From positions 1 through 42,955 of the IMG/VR virus record IMGVR_UViG_3300044475_000179: 42,955 nucleotides of DNA; one strand, given 5' to 3'. Below are positions 17,482 through 28,545 of the stretch, in pieces. Position numbers and translations under genes: made by a program. The DNA is from a virus (lineage: Duplodnaviria; Caudoviricetes). The notes under the pieces are model-generated. The model was not told where the DNA came from. It was given only the letters and a program-made list of their open reading frames with translations, and ran no database searches. Positions within the stretch are counted from its first letter, which is position 1; each line of letters begins with the position of its first letter.

Positions 17482-20400
17482 ATGGCATATAGCACAGCAT
17501 CTGGCGCAGTCATTCGAATCGGAGTCGAAGGCAGCAACGAATCCCAGCGCCAGATCGCTGCTGTCAGCGCTTCCATGAACCAGTTGACGAATACCGTCAG
17601 CTCGGCGATGAAAACGCTGGCGAGTACCGTCGGCATCACCGGCGGCCTGGCCGGCATCATCCAGATGTCGGATGCCTATGCCAAGTACAACGCCCAGTTG
17701 CGCCTGGCAACTCAGACTCAAGCTGAATTCCGCGCTGCCCAGGAAGCGGTCACGCGGATCGCGAACAGTGCGCAACAGGATCTGGCTGCCACTGGCACGC
17801 TGTACGCCCGCATTGCGAAGAGTACGCAGGAGCTAGGCATCAGCCAGTCTCGCGTCGCCGACATTACCGAATCGGTCAATCTGGCACTGAAGGTATCCGG
17901 TGCAACTTCGGAAGAGGCGGCGTCCGCCCAGTTGCAGCTGTCACAGGCTTTTGCATCCGGCACGCTGCGGGGTGAAGAATTCAATGCGGTCAACGAGGCG
18001 GCGCCGCGTCTGATGCAAGCCCTGGCTGATGGTATCGGTGTGCCGGTTGGTGCGCTGAAAGATATGGCCTCGAACGGAGAGATCACGTCCAAGGTGATGG
18101 CATCGGTTCTTCCGCAGGCGCTGGAGCAGCTGCGTGCGGAAGCGGCGCAGGTCCAGACGATCAGCGGCGCGTTCACGGTCCTTAAAAACAACGTCACCGC
18201 CTTCACTGCGGAGCATGCGCAGGCAAACGGCACGGTGGCAGTGCTGACCACCGGCCTGGGCCTGTTGGCCAACAATCTCACTCTCGCCATGGGCTTGGTG
18301 CAGACGCTGACGGCCGCGAAGGTCGCTACGTGGCTCGGCAACTGGGTGGTCGAGACGGTGCGGAAGACGTCGGCAGATCGCGCTGCGGCGGCCAGTGCGC
18401 TTGCCGCCGCCAGCGCCGATCTGGCCGCCGCCCGCGCCGCTGAGACACTGGCGGTGGCGCGTGTGGCCGAGGTGCGCGCCGCCGTGCTCGCTGCCGAGGG
18501 CAACACTGCGCTGGCGATTACTGCGAACGGGCTGATTCCGGCGCAGGCCCGCGCTGCGCAGGCTGCTGTCGCACACACGGCAGCGCTGACTGCCCAGGCG
18601 ACGGCAGCCCGCGCCGCGAGTACCGCTGGCGCGCTTGCCAGCAGTGCTCTCGGTCTGCTGGGCGGCCCAATCGGCGCAATTGTGACGCTATTGGGGATCG
18701 GCGCCACCGCATGGAGCCTCTGGAGCCAGCGCTCCCGAGAGAGTGCGCAGGAAAGTGCGGAACATGTCGAGCAGTCGACTGAGGACATCATCGCCTCATT
18801 GGATAAGCAGATTGAGAAGCTTAAGCGCCGCAACGAGTTGGCCGCCGCCACGGGCGCAAAGATCACCGATTCGCCGGAGACCGAAAAGCTGGCCAGCTTG
18901 CGGGCTGAGATTTCGAAAGTGAGCAATCAGGAGGGCGTCTATTCCAACCTGGACCCGGCTGCGAAGCTGTCGTTGCTGATGGCCTATGGTGGCCAGATCA
19001 GCGCGCTAACGGAAAAGGTGCGTCAGCTCGGCGAGGAAACCGACAAGGCTACCGAGTTGAAGAACAAGAAGAACCTGTCTCAGTGGATGACGGACTATGC
19101 CACCAAGGCGGAAAAACTGGAAGCCGAGCTGAAAAAGGCTCGGACTGAACTGGGGAACCAGTTTACGCCGGAGTTGGAATCGCGTATCCGCAAAGCTTTT
19201 GAGACGCGCGATGCCGGCGCCGCGAAGGAGCTGACGGCGTATCAGCGTCTCAGCGCGGCGATCCGAACCAAGACCGAGGAAAACGAGCAGGAGGCCAAAG
19301 CCGGCATCGACGCCAGTGAGAGCCAGAAGACCCTTATCAAGTTGGATCAGGATCTTGCCACTGGCAAGCTGAAGCTGTCGGCTGCCAACCAGGCGCAAAT
19401 CCGTACATTGCTGACCGAGCAGGCGGCCAGCGAGCAGAGCTTGAAAACGCAGAAGGCAGCGCGCGAGGTGCAGGCGTGGATTGAACAAAGCACCGACGCC
19501 CGCACAGCATCGACCGCAGCGCTCAAGGTCGAATACGAGATGTACGGCAAGAACTCCGACGCGCGCGATGTTGCGATGGTGAAGGTGCGCAATGAGACCG
19601 AGCTGGAGAAATTCCTGACGGCCGCGCGCCGGGAGCATAAGCTAATTTCGGACCAGATGATCTCGGACCTGCGGCAGGAGGTCGACGAGCGTACAAAGGT
19701 CGAGCAGGCCACCTTGGCGCAGAGCAAGGCGCTTGCCTATGCCTCCCAGTTGGGTACCGAGAACAAGAAATTTTCCGCCGAATCGTTGGCGGACCCGCGT
19801 GCCCGCGCACAGGCGCTGCTTGATATCGACGCCGATGTTTGGAAAAAGCGCATCGCCCTGGCCGGCGACGGCACCGCCGCGCAAAAGGAGTTGCAGTCTC
19901 AGTACGACACATGGTACGCCAATCAGCAAAAACGCATTCTGGTTGACGTAGACCTGACGCGCGCGACCGAGATGATCAAGGTGATGGAAGTGATTGATCA
20001 GGCAGCCCAGCAGGCTGCGGCGTCGATGGAATCCTCGTTCGGCCGCGTTGGCGCGGCAATCGGCGGCATGACCACCGCGCTGACCGGTTACGAGCACACC
20101 CAGGCCGCGATCGCTGCGCAGCTGGTAAGCGCCGTAAAAGATTCTGGAGGTGATCAGACTAAGATCCAGGAAGCTAACGCGCGCGCCGCCGCTTCGTATG
20201 CACAAGCGCAAGTCAAGGCGTATGGCGACATGGCTGGTGCCGCGAAGGGCTTCTTCAAGGAAAACTCAACCGGCTATAAGGTACTGGAGGCCACCGAAAA
20301 AGCGTATCGCGCTGTTGAGATGGCGCTGGCGATCGAGGCTATGGCCAAGAAGATTTTCTTCAAGGAGACCGAGGTCACGGCCAACACTGCGCTCAATGCC

Positions 20401-22998
20401 ACGAAACTCGCCGGCGAAGCGACTGCCAGCGCTGCCTCGACTGGCTTGGCTGCGACTGAGGCGAGCGCCTGGGGGATCACCGCCGTCGTGAAGGCTATCG
20501 CATCGCTCCCGTTCCCGCTCAACCTGGCCGCCGGCGCGGCGACGCTGGCCGCAGTGATCGCCATCGGCGCCAAGATGATGGGCGGCGGCAGTTCCAGCGT
20601 CAGCTTGTCGCAGCAGCGCCAGGAGTCCCAGGGAACCGGCTCAGTGCTGGGTGATTCCAGCGCCAAGTCGGAGTCGCTGAGTCGGGCCATCGAGCTGGCC
20701 GCGAACAATTCGAGCATCGAGTTGACCCATACGGCCGGCATGCTGGCATCGCTGAAGGCTATCGAAAGCTCAATCAGCGGCCTCGGTAGCCTGCTTGTGC
20801 GCGGCACGGATGTTACTTCGCTGGCCAGCAGCGTCAGCTCGACCTCCAGTGGCGGATTCTTCGGTGGCATCATCTCTTCGATCTTCGGCGGCAAAACGAC
20901 CGTCGACGACACCGGCATTCAGATCAACAAGAGCACCGTCGCCGACATTTCCGCTGGCGCACTGAACAGCCAGTCCTATATCGACACGACCAAGTCGGGC
21001 GGATGGTTCTCCAGCGACAAGCACAATACGCAGACCGCTGATCTGGGAGCCGAGGTCGATGCGCAGTTCACGAAAGTGATCGAAGGACTGGCCGACAGTG
21101 TTACGACTGCTGCTGGCTTGCTCGGCGTCGGCGGCGACGAGTTTACCAAGCACCTCAACGAATTCGTGGTCGACATCGGCAAGATCAGCCTCAAGGATCT
21201 TTCCGGTGACGAGATCCAGGATGCGCTTGAAGCAGTGTTTTCGAAAGTCGGGGACGACATGGCGCAGTTTGCGCTCAGCGGCCTGTCGCAATTCCAGCAG
21301 GTCGGTGAAGGCTATCTGGAAACGCTGACCCGGGTCGCCACCGACTATGCCAACCTGGACTCCATGCTGGAATCCATCGGTGGTTCGTTCGGCGCCGTCG
21401 GGATCGACAGCATCGCGGCGCGAGAGCATCTTATCGACCTGGCCGGTGGCATCGACGAGCTTGCCTCGCAGACCAGTTCGTTCGCGCAAAATTTCTTGAC
21501 GCAGGCAGAGCAACTGGCGCCAGTCCAGAAGTACGTCACCGAACAGCTGGCGGCCATGGGCTTGCAGTCGCTGGATACTCGCGACAAATTCAAGGAATAC
21601 GTCCTTGACCTGGTTAACTCCGGAAAGCTGGCGACGGAGGCAGGTGCGGCCCAGTATACGCAGTTGATGGCGCTGCAGGATCTCTTTGCCCAGACACATG
21701 CAGCCACGAAGGATCTGACTAAGACCGAGCAGGAAATTGCCGACGAGCGTGCCGACTTGCAGAATCAGTACGATGAACTGGTAATGACCGCAGCGGAGCT
21801 GCAGGCGAAGGAGCGTGCATCGATTGATGTGAGCAACCAGGCTCTATACGACCAGATTGTTGCGCAGAAGGCTCTTGCGGCCGCCACTGAGGCCGCCACG
21901 GAAGCGGCGACCGCCGCCACCGAGGCTGCAAATGCCGCTGCCGTGGCTGCGGAGACCAAGCTCGCCACTGCCCAATCGAACTTGCTATCGGCGTATCAGA
22001 AGGAAGCGTCGGCGCTGCAAACCTTGATCAGCCAGCGCAATGCGGAGGCTGAGGCGACCAAGAACTTGATCGACAGCCTGGCGCTGGGCGATATGTCGGA
22101 TTTGTCGCCATACGAGAAATATCTCGAAGCCCAGCGCCAGTTCGACGCGGCGGCGCCGGGTGAAGAGAAAAATTCCGCGGCCCAGGCACTGCTCCAGGCA
22201 TCGCGTAATTACAACGGTTCGACCGAAGCCTACGCGCGCGACTACGCGAAAGTCCAGTCCGCCCTCGTCACCCAACTGGCATCCCAGCGTTCCGCCGCCA
22301 CGACGGCGCAGAAGCAGCTAGATGCGCTGGAAGATCAAGTCGGATCGCTGATCGATATCGAAGACAGCGTCGACACGCTCAACGACACCATGCTCTCTGT
22401 AAAACAGGCGATCGTCGACTTGGGTAAGGCGATGCTCGATTCTGCCGCAGCCAATTCGGCGGCCGGCAAGTCTGGTAGCGAAGATCTGGCCGATAAAGGA
22501 CAGAAGACGCTGGAGGGTGTTTTGACCGGGATCTACCAAGACCTGCTTGGGCGTGCGCCTGATGCCGAAGGCTTTGCTTGGTGGTTGAACGCAATGATGA
22601 ATGGCACCACTGTTGCGCAGGTTACCGATGGTTTCCTCAATTCGGATGAGTACAAGGCGAAGCATCCGGAGGCTCACGCCAAGGGAGGTGTGGCTGATGG
22701 TTGGTCGCTTGTTGGTGAGGAAGGGGCGGAGCTGGTGAATTTCTCCCAACCGGGCCGTGTGTATACCGCCTCGCAGACGCGCGCCGCGCTGGGCGGATCG
22801 GACAATAGCGCGGCTATTGAGCGACAGACGCGCGCCGTCGAACGTCAGAATGCATTGGTCAGCGAGCAGAACGAACTGCTCGATCAGCAAAACAAGTTGC
22901 TTGCAGCGATCGCGAGCGACGGCGCCTCCAGTGAAGACATTCGCACCCTGAAGCAATACATGGGCGTTGTGCTGTCGCGCAAGGCGATGACCGCATGA
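17482..22998 (+). CDS. Tape measure protein with a DUF4214-like domain near the C-terminus
   Basis: QLSQAFASGTLRGEEFNAVNE tape-measure motif; 1838 aa, Ala-rich; YQDLLGRAPDAEGFAWW; VGEEGAELV. Confidence 0.95.
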   Translation: MAYSTASGAVIRIGVEGSNESQRQIAAVSASMNQLTNTVSSAMKTLASTVGITGGLAGIIQMSDAYAKYNAQLRLATQTQAEFRAAQEAVTRIANSAQQDLAATGTLYARIAKSTQELGISQSRVADITESVNLALKVSGATSEEAASAQLQLSQAFASGTLRGEEFNAVNEAAPRLMQALADGIGVPVGALKDMASNGEITSKVMASVLPQALEQLRAEAAQVQTISGAFTVLKNNVTAFTAEHAQANGTVAVLTTGLGLLANNLTLAMGLVQTLTAAKVATWLGNWVVETVRKTSADRAAAASALAAASADLAAARAAETLAVARVAEVRAAVLAAEGNTALAITANGLIPAQARAAQAAVAHTAALTAQATAARAASTAGALASSALGLLGGPIGAIVTLLGIGATAWSLWSQRSRESAQESAEHVEQSTEDIIASLDKQIEKLKRRNELAAATGAKITDSPETEKLASLRAEISKVSNQEGVYSNLDPAAKLSLLMAYGGQISALTEKVRQLGEETDKATELKNKKNLSQWMTDYATKAEKLEAELKKARTELGNQFTPELESRIRKAFETRDAGAAKELTAYQRLSAAIRTKTEENEQEAKAGIDASESQKTLIKLDQDLATGKLKLSAANQAQIRTLLTEQAASEQSLKTQKAAREVQAWIEQSTDARTASTAALKVEYEMYGKNSDARDVAMVKVRNETELEKFLTAARREHKLISDQMISDLRQEVDERTKVEQATLAQSKALAYASQLGTENKKFSAESLADPRARAQALLDIDADVWKKRIALAGDGTAAQKELQSQYDTWYANQQKRILVDVDLTRATEMIKVMEVIDQAAQQAAASMESSFGRVGAAIGGMTTALTGYEHTQAAIAAQLVSAVKDSGGDQTKIQEANARAAASYAQAQVKAYGDMAGAAKGFFKENSTGYKVLEATEKAYRAVEMALAIEAMAKKIFFKETEVTANTALNATKLAGEATASAASTGLAATEASAWGITAVVKAIASLPFPLNLAAGAATLAAVIAIGAKMMGGGSSSVSLSQQRQESQGTGSVLGDSSAKSESLSRAIELAANNSSIELTHTAGMLASLKAIESSISGLGSLLVRGTDVTSLASSVSSTSSGGFFGGIISSIFGGKTTVDDTGIQINKSTVADISAGALNSQSYIDTTKSGGWFSSDKHNTQTADLGAEVDAQFTKVIEGLADSVTTAAGLLGVGGDEFTKHLNEFVVDIGKISLKDLSGDEIQDALEAVFSKVGDDMAQFALSGLSQFQQVGEGYLETLTRVATDYANLDSMLESIGGSFGAVGIDSIAAREHLIDLAGGIDELASQTSSFAQNFLTQAEQLAPVQKYVTEQLAAMGLQSLDTRDKFKEYVLDLVNSGKLATEAGAAQYTQLMALQDLFAQTHAATKDLTKTEQEIADERADLQNQYDELVMTAAELQAKERASIDVSNQALYDQIVAQKALAAATEAATEAATAATEAANAAAVAAETKLATAQSNLLSAYQKEASALQTLISQRNAEAEATKNLIDSLALGDMSDLSPYEKYLEAQRQFDAAAPGEEKNSAAQALLQASRNYNGSTEAYARDYAKVQSALVTQLASQRSAATTAQKQLDALEDQVGSLIDIEDSVDTLNDTMLSVKQAIVDLGKAMLDSAAANSAAGKSGSEDLADKGQKTLEGVLTGIYQDLLGRAPDAEGFAWWLNAMMNGTTVAQVTDGFLNSDEYKAKHPEAHAKGGVADGWSLVGEEGAELVNFSQPGRVYTASQTRAALGGSDNSAAIERQTRAVERQNALVSEQNELLDQQNKLLAAIASDGASSEDIRTLKQYMGVVLSRKAMTA

Positions 22999-24596
22999 GA
23001 GACCAGATCGTGCTGCTGGAAATCGAGGGTTTGAACCTGCGCACCGGCGTGGTCGAGATCCTGCGATTCTGTGATGGACTGGCATATCGCCTGCGGCCAT
23101 CAGAATCGCCGGCAAATGCGCTTTATCGGCCATTCCTTCTTGATCCGGGCTGGTCGCGCGTGGACATCTTCACGGCGCCTGGTGAGTATGGCCAGGTCAC
23201 GCCGGGGGAGTGCACGCTGGATGACAGCAATGGGCTGCTTGGTGCCGAGCTGCTGGACTACGCTTTCGACGGCCGGAGCATTGTGCAGCGAATTGGCCGG
23301 CGTGGTGCGCCGTACCCTTCCGGCTACGTGACCGTGATCAGTGGAACCATGGCGCGACAGCCGCAGTTTGCATGGGGGAAGATCACGTTCAGCCCTGCCG
23401 ACCTGGCCGCATCCATGGAGAAGACCCTGCAGCAGTCTCGTTATGCCGGCACCAATGTGCTGCCAGATGGGTTGGAAGGGCTCGATGATCTGTCGGGCAA
23501 GGTCAAGCCGATCGTTCTGGCGCTGGCGTCGAACATGTCGCCGATCCTCTGCAACACCTCCAAGCTGATCTATCAGGTGTCGATTCCGGTTGGGAGCTCT
23601 ACCGTGGCTGTGTCAGCCGTGCGCGATGGCGGTTTGCCACTGACGGCTGGCGCCGCCTATGCCTCGGTGGCCGACCTGCTGGCGACGGCGCCAGCAGCTG
23701 GTGGGTATCGCGTTCTGTCTACCAGCGGTGATGGCTGCTACATTCGGCTGGGCAGCCAGCCAGCCGCCGGCGTTACCTGCGACGCTGCGTACGGCGCTGC
23801 AGAGGATCGCACCCATGCACAGGCATGGCGGCGCGTGCTCAATTACGCTGGTGTTTCCTCGGCCGCGATTGTTGCCTCCGACCTTGTCGCGCTGGACGCG
23901 GCGTTGCCGGCGGAAATCGAGATGGCCGTGTTTGACGAGTCCAATGTCGACGACGTGCTGTCGACCATTGCCTCCAGCGCCGGCGCCGCATGGTACGGCG
24001 ATGCGAACGGCATGTTCCGGATCACACAGTGGGCCAATCCGATTGGCGTGCCTGTCGCCCAGCTTACCGCTCTGCGGACCGACAGCGTCGACATCGATGA
24101 TCCGGTCGGCAACGGTGGCGTCGCGCCGGTATACCTGGTGAATCTGTCGTATGGCCGGAACTGGACGAAGCAGAGCGATTCGGATTTGAAGGGCGACAAG
24201 ACCAGCTCGACGGATACGGTTCGGGCACCAGGCACGCGCGCCGGGCTTGCCGCGCGTGCCTGGCTGGCACAGGAATACCGCGTGCTTTCTTCCGTCGAGG
24301 CCGGCGTGCTGGCCAATTATCGAAACGCCGTCAAGCTGGAGGTGACCTCCCTCATATCCGCCGCCGCGCCGGCGCAGCAGTTTGCTGACTCGCAACTGGC
24401 GATGTTCAAAGACCCTCGCCAAATGGCGGCGATATCCCTCTGGCTGTCCGATGATCAAATCAATGTTGTCCGGCCGGGCACGCTTGTGCAAGTCATCCTG
24501 CCGCGCTGGAAGTTCGGCGGCGGCCGGCTCATGCGGGTCGCGGGCGTGCAGGTCGACCGCCGTACAAAGAAAACACAAATCACATGCTGGGGCTGA
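22995..24596 (+). CDS. Tail tip/hub protein (putative)
   Basis: ATGA-coupled to the tape measure gene; 533 aa; called on position only. Confidence 0.65.
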   Translation: MRDQIVLLEIEGLNLRTGVVEILRFCDGLAYRLRPSESPANALYRPFLLDPGWSRVDIFTAPGEYGQVTPGECTLDDSNGLLGAELLDYAFDGRSIVQRIGRRGAPYPSGYVTVISGTMARQPQFAWGKITFSPADLAASMEKTLQQSRYAGTNVLPDGLEGLDDLSGKVKPIVLALASNMSPILCNTSKLIYQVSIPVGSSTVAVSAVRDGGLPLTAGAAYASVADLLATAPAAGGYRVLSTSGDGCYIRLGSQPAAGVTCDAAYGAAEDRTHAQAWRRVLNYAGVSSAAIVASDLVALDAALPAEIEMAVFDESNVDDVLSTIASSAGAAWYGDANGMFRITQWANPIGVPVAQLTALRTDSVDIDDPVGNGGVAPVYLVNLSYGRNWTKQSDSDLKGDKTSSTDTVRAPGTRAGLAARAWLAQEYRVLSSVEAGVLANYRNAVKLEVTSLISAAAPAQQFADSQLAMFKDPRQMAAISLWLSDDQINVVRPGTLVQVILPRWKFGGGRLMRVAGVQVDRRTKKTQITCWG

Positions 24597-24599
24597 CTA

Positions 24600-25469
24600 A
24601 TGGCGCATCCAAAACTATGCTTTCCAAACTGGACGCTGCCCACGCAGCTCATCACGCCGATGGTAGCCGCGCCCGGCTGGATCGACGTCGAAAAGCTGCA
24701 CGGCGAGGTGCTGTCCGAGATGGCGCGCTATCCAGCGGTCGACCTGGCCGGCTCGCGCCTGGTAATAGACTTGGGCACGTTACGCAACGTCGAGGTGCTG
24801 GCATTGCCGTACCAGAACGCGGGGATTTACGACAGCGCGCGCGTGCGCCTTTGCACCGATGCGCAGTTGACTAACGCTGTGATCGACAGCGGCTGGCAAG
24901 AGTTCTTCGGCGAGATTTACCCGTACGGGACGCTGGAGCCATCGCGCGTCGAGTGGGTTGATGGGCGACTGACTGCTGAGGATGCTGCAGGTGTCGTCAA
25001 CCCGTGGGTGTACGTAGCCGATGGGGCGAAGATCGGCCGCTACCTGGAGATCTCGCTCGACTTCCGCCACAACGTGGATGGCTACATCGATCTGGGTCAG
25101 GTCATCGCATCGCCAGCCCTGTCTTCTTACAAGAACATTTCGTACGGCGTCACCCCACCGTTTTATGTCGACCCTTCGACCAAGACGCGCGCACGTGGCG
25201 GGCCGCGATTCGTCGATGAGCAGAAGAAATATCGCGAGACCAAGATGACCTACAACTGGCTCCGTAACGACGAGCTGTATGCGGGCTTCTATGAGTTCGT
25301 TCGTCGATACGGCGTCGTTCAGCCGTTCTTCTTTATTTACGACTCCGACGCCGATCCGGCGGTGCGCCAGAAGCAGAGCTTCATGTGCTCGATCGACCAG
25401 ATGGAGCAGCCCGTAAACACCAGTTTCAACGTCAATTCCTTGACCATCACCTTGGCAGAAGAATTCTAG
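24600..25469 (+). CDS. Tail tip protein (putative)
   Basis: 289 aa ending ITLAEEF, a Dit-like C-terminus; position. Confidence 0.6.
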   Translation: MAHPKLCFPNWTLPTQLITPMVAAPGWIDVEKLHGEVLSEMARYPAVDLAGSRLVIDLGTLRNVEVLALPYQNAGIYDSARVRLCTDAQLTNAVIDSGWQEFFGEIYPYGTLEPSRVEWVDGRLTAEDAAGVVNPWVYVADGAKIGRYLEISLDFRHNVDGYIDLGQVIASPALSSYKNISYGVTPPFYVDPSTKTRARGGPRFVDEQKKYRETKMTYNWLRNDELYAGFYEFVRRYGVVQPFFFIYDSDADPAVRQKQSFMCSIDQMEQPVNTSFNVNSLTITLAEEF

Positions 25470-25482
25470 AGAGGCAACACCT

Positions 25483-27741
25483 ATGAACCTGATAGACGTC
25501 ACTATCAACGGACACCGCTATACCAACGACCCCAACCTGGCGGCCAGCGCCGGCATTCCTACGGATTACCAGTTTATCGGCTATAACGCCATCCCGGCGC
25601 TGGCCAACTTCGCTGATGATGTGCAAGCCGTCGGCAGTGCTGCTGTCAACCAGGCGACGGATGCGAAAGCGACGGCGGAGTTGGCTGCACAGCAGGCGCT
25701 GCTGTCACCCACCACCGGATCTGTCAGCGGATCATCCATCGCCGTCGGCCTGGGCGCCAAGACCTTCGTCATGGAGGCGGGCAAGGACTTTCGGAAGACG
25801 ATGTACGTCACCGTGGCAAATCGCACCGCTCCGGACACGATCTTTATGAACGGGCCGCTCACGTCCTACAATCCCGCAACTGGCGAAGCCGGCATGGTCG
25901 CCACTCGGGCACTGGGCAGTGGCAGCAGTGCAGATTGGGTCATTACGCTGTCGTCGCCAGCGCAACCTGCAACTGGCGGTGCTGCTGTCGCGACTGGTTC
26001 GCTGGCCATTACGGCGACCAGCTTGCGGTACCAGGAGATCACGCCGACGAACTATGGCCTGAGCTTCAGCCTGACCGGCGCGAATACGGCTATTCAGGGG
26101 CCAGCAGCATTTACGCTGAGGAACCATAGCCTCGTTTACCCATGGGACGTGCAAGTCAACGTCTCCGGCGTGAAGGGCTTTGTCCGGCCGAATAAAACAG
26201 CCTACGTTGATGTGGTGGGCACTTCCTATCGCGTTCGCGATTTGAGCGGTTACGGGAGCGCGTTCTTTTCGCAGGTGACGTTCAGCGGCATCGTTGCCGG
26301 CACTGCTGGTCTCTGGACAAAGGCCGTCCTGGTGCAGTCCGGTGGAACGGTGGTACTGGTGCATGGCGCCGCGCTGCACGCGGTATTTATCAGCGCCGCC
26401 GGCGATGTTGGCCAGCCCCTACTGATCCGCACTGGCCTGTCCACCACGGGCAAGGACAGTACGGTTGCCGCAGTAGCGGTCGGGGATGGAACCGATAACG
26501 TGCTGGTGGCCTCGGTACCGGACAGCGGTACGGCATTGCAGACGGTGGTCGTAACGGTTTCGCAGTATGGCGTGCTGGGGCTTGGCACTGTGGTACCGAC
26601 CACTGTTGCTAGCTCAACCGCTGGCATTGTCGATCTGCGCGCCATCATCGACGCATCGGGCTCGCTGATCTTCATCTTGGGCTTGATCAGCGCGGCCGCC
26701 ACGACTTTGTCTACCTACGGGATCAATGTCACCACGCCTGGCGCGGCGGCGCACACGGTCAGCACCCCACGCACCGAAACCACGGTGGGCAGTTTCGCCG
26801 CGCTGCTCACCGATCTGAATAACGCCAACGTCTACATGACGGTTACGCTCACTGCCGCGACAACCCTCGCTATCAAGGCATTTAGTTTGAATAGCTTGGG
26901 AGCGCAGACTCCAGGAGGCACGCAAAGCGCAACCATCACCTCGGGTTCCAACGTACAGGTGCGCGCGCAGATGGCGAACAACGGGACGCCGTTTGAGTTC
27001 GGGTACTGGGCTGTTGGCTATATCGTGAGCAACGTCGCTCGCGTGGCCAAGTTGACGCTGAGCGGTTCGGCGCCGGCACTGAGCGCTGGCGCCGCGGTGA
27101 ATTCTGCCATCACCACCGTTACCCTAACGTCCCTGCAGCTCGGCACGGATCTTTCCGGCTATGAAGTGCAGGGTACGGCGGTGAGCGGCACTGATGCGGC
27201 CGGCCGCTTCCTGTGTGAAATGATGGACTTCTCTATGTCAGGGGCCACCCCTAGCGCGAGCTCGTCCACGTTGATCGCAATGGCCGCTGCGATTTCGCCG
27301 GTATGGATTGGTCAGGGCGCGAACCTATCCAACAGCGGCGGGCCGTACGTCTCGCTGTGGCAGTTGAGCACCACCACCGAAGTGATGATGGCCATGACTG
27401 TAGGCGCCAGTTACAACGCGCCGGTGGCAGTCCGACTGCTCAACGCCGGCGGCTATGCAACCCTTCTGCAGGCGCCGGACTACCTGACCCCCAAGACCTC
27501 CCGCAATCGCAACACGCTCCGTTCGGCAAATCGCTGCATTGCAATTGGGGATGGCTCGAAGCCGAGCATGGAGTACGTTTTCGAGAGCACCTATGGTGAA
27601 CCTACCGCACGTCCAGTGGCGCCGGTGGCAGCGATGTCGTTCGGCAGCTTTGGTGGGGAGGCATTCAATGAAAGCACCTGGCTCGCTGCCGGCCTGGCGC
27701 CGATGACCAATCTTCAAATCCAGAACTTCAAGGTGGCCTGA
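25483..27741 (+). CDS. Tail fibre/receptor-binding protein (putative)
   Basis: 752 aa, Gly/Ser/Thr/Ala-rich and beta-like; last large tail gene. Confidence 0.7.
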   Translation: MNLIDVTINGHRYTNDPNLAASAGIPTDYQFIGYNAIPALANFADDVQAVGSAAVNQATDAKATAELAAQQALLSPTTGSVSGSSIAVGLGAKTFVMEAGKDFRKTMYVTVANRTAPDTIFMNGPLTSYNPATGEAGMVATRALGSGSSADWVITLSSPAQPATGGAAVATGSLAITATSLRYQEITPTNYGLSFSLTGANTAIQGPAAFTLRNHSLVYPWDVQVNVSGVKGFVRPNKTAYVDVVGTSYRVRDLSGYGSAFFSQVTFSGIVAGTAGLWTKAVLVQSGGTVVLVHGAALHAVFISAAGDVGQPLLIRTGLSTTGKDSTVAAVAVGDGTDNVLVASVPDSGTALQTVVVTVSQYGVLGLGTVVPTTVASSTAGIVDLRAIIDASGSLIFILGLISAAATTLSTYGINVTTPGAAAHTVSTPRTETTVGSFAALLTDLNNANVYMTVTLTAATTLAIKAFSLNSLGAQTPGGTQSATITSGSNVQVRAQMANNGTPFEFGYWAVGYIVSNVARVAKLTLSGSAPALSAGAAVNSAITTVTLTSLQLGTDLSGYEVQGTAVSGTDAAGRFLCEMMDFSMSGATPSASSSTLIAMAAAISPVWIGQGANLSNSGGPYVSLWQLSTTTEVMMAMTVGASYNAPVAVRLLNAGGYATLLQAPDYLTPKTSRNRNTLRSANRCIAIGDGSKPSMEYVFESTYGEPTARPVAPVAAMSFGSFGGEAFNESTWLAAGLAPMTNLQIQNFKVA

Positions 27742-27743
27742 TC

Positions 27744-28007
27744 ATGATTATCGTTACTTCAGTTGGGCTGTTTGGCCCATTCGGGCGGGTGGAAGTGCAG
27801 ACAGATCGCCTGCGCACCTGGCCCATCGGCAGCTCGCAGGATGTCGGCGGCGCGGATCTTCCGCTGGAAGTGATTGGCGAGTATCAGCTGCTCGACGTCG
27901 ACGCGCCGGTGGGGTTCTGCACCGACCTATTTGTTTGGAACGGCACCGCGTTGGAGCCGATTCAGTCGGAGATCAATACCAATGGCGCCGTCGACGCTGC
28001 CCAGTGA
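27744..28007 (+). CDS. Hypothetical protein, possible fibre accessory
   Basis: Directly follows the fibre gene; FVWNGTALEP C-terminal motif. Confidence 0.6.
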   Translation: MIIVTSVGLFGPFGRVEVQTDRLRTWPIGSSQDVGGADLPLEVIGEYQLLDVDAPVGFCTDLFVWNGTALEPIQSEINTNGAVDAAQ

Positions 28008-28077
28008 TAGCTGTGCCATGAATTACAACTTTAATAAACCGCGCCTTTGCGGACTTCAAAACGGGAAAAGGGACAGC

Positions 28078-28512
28078 ATGCCAGCCATTGAAACCACCAC
28101 CGCCGCAGGCGGAACTTTGATCAAAATTTTCGGTGTCCCGGTGATTGCCGGCGCCGCCGCTACGGCGCTGGTGTTCTTGTTCATGTGGCCACGCACGATC
28201 CGTGAAGCGGCGCTCCGTCTTACCAGCACCATCTCCACCAGCTTCATCTTCGGCCCGATCGCGGTCATGGCGTTGCATAGCTGGTGGCCTTCATTGTTCG
28301 ATTCGGCCAAGGCGGTGGCGGCACTGTATGACGCTGATCCGGCATATGGAGTTTTGTTTGTGGCAGGTCCGGTGATGGTGCTCGCCGGCTTGCCGGCCTG
28401 GTGGCTGATTGGCGGCGTGATCCGATGGCTGGACCGGCGCCGCGACAAGGACATCGGCGAGATAGCCCATGACGCAGCAGAGGTGGTGAAGGACGTGCGC
28501 AGCACGATGTAA
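28078..28512 (+). CDS. Holin-like membrane protein
   Basis: About three hydrophobic segments and a charged C-terminus; RBS before the ATG at 28078; upstream of the endolysin. Confidence 0.65.
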   Translation: MPAIETTTAAGGTLIKIFGVPVIAGAAATALVFLFMWPRTIREAALRLTSTISTSFIFGPIAVMALHSWWPSLFDSAKAVAALYDADPAYGVLFVAGPVMVLAGLPAWWLIGGVIRWLDRRRDKDIGEIAHDAAEVVKDVRSTM

Positions 28513-28545
28513 CGCTCCCAATAATTTTCTAACGAGAGGTGAACC

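Noticed and set aside
25483-27741. Tail fibre as a DGR target
   Set aside because: No TR-like sequence or CLec-type C-terminus was seen by eye; a blastn of TR against the genome would confirm.
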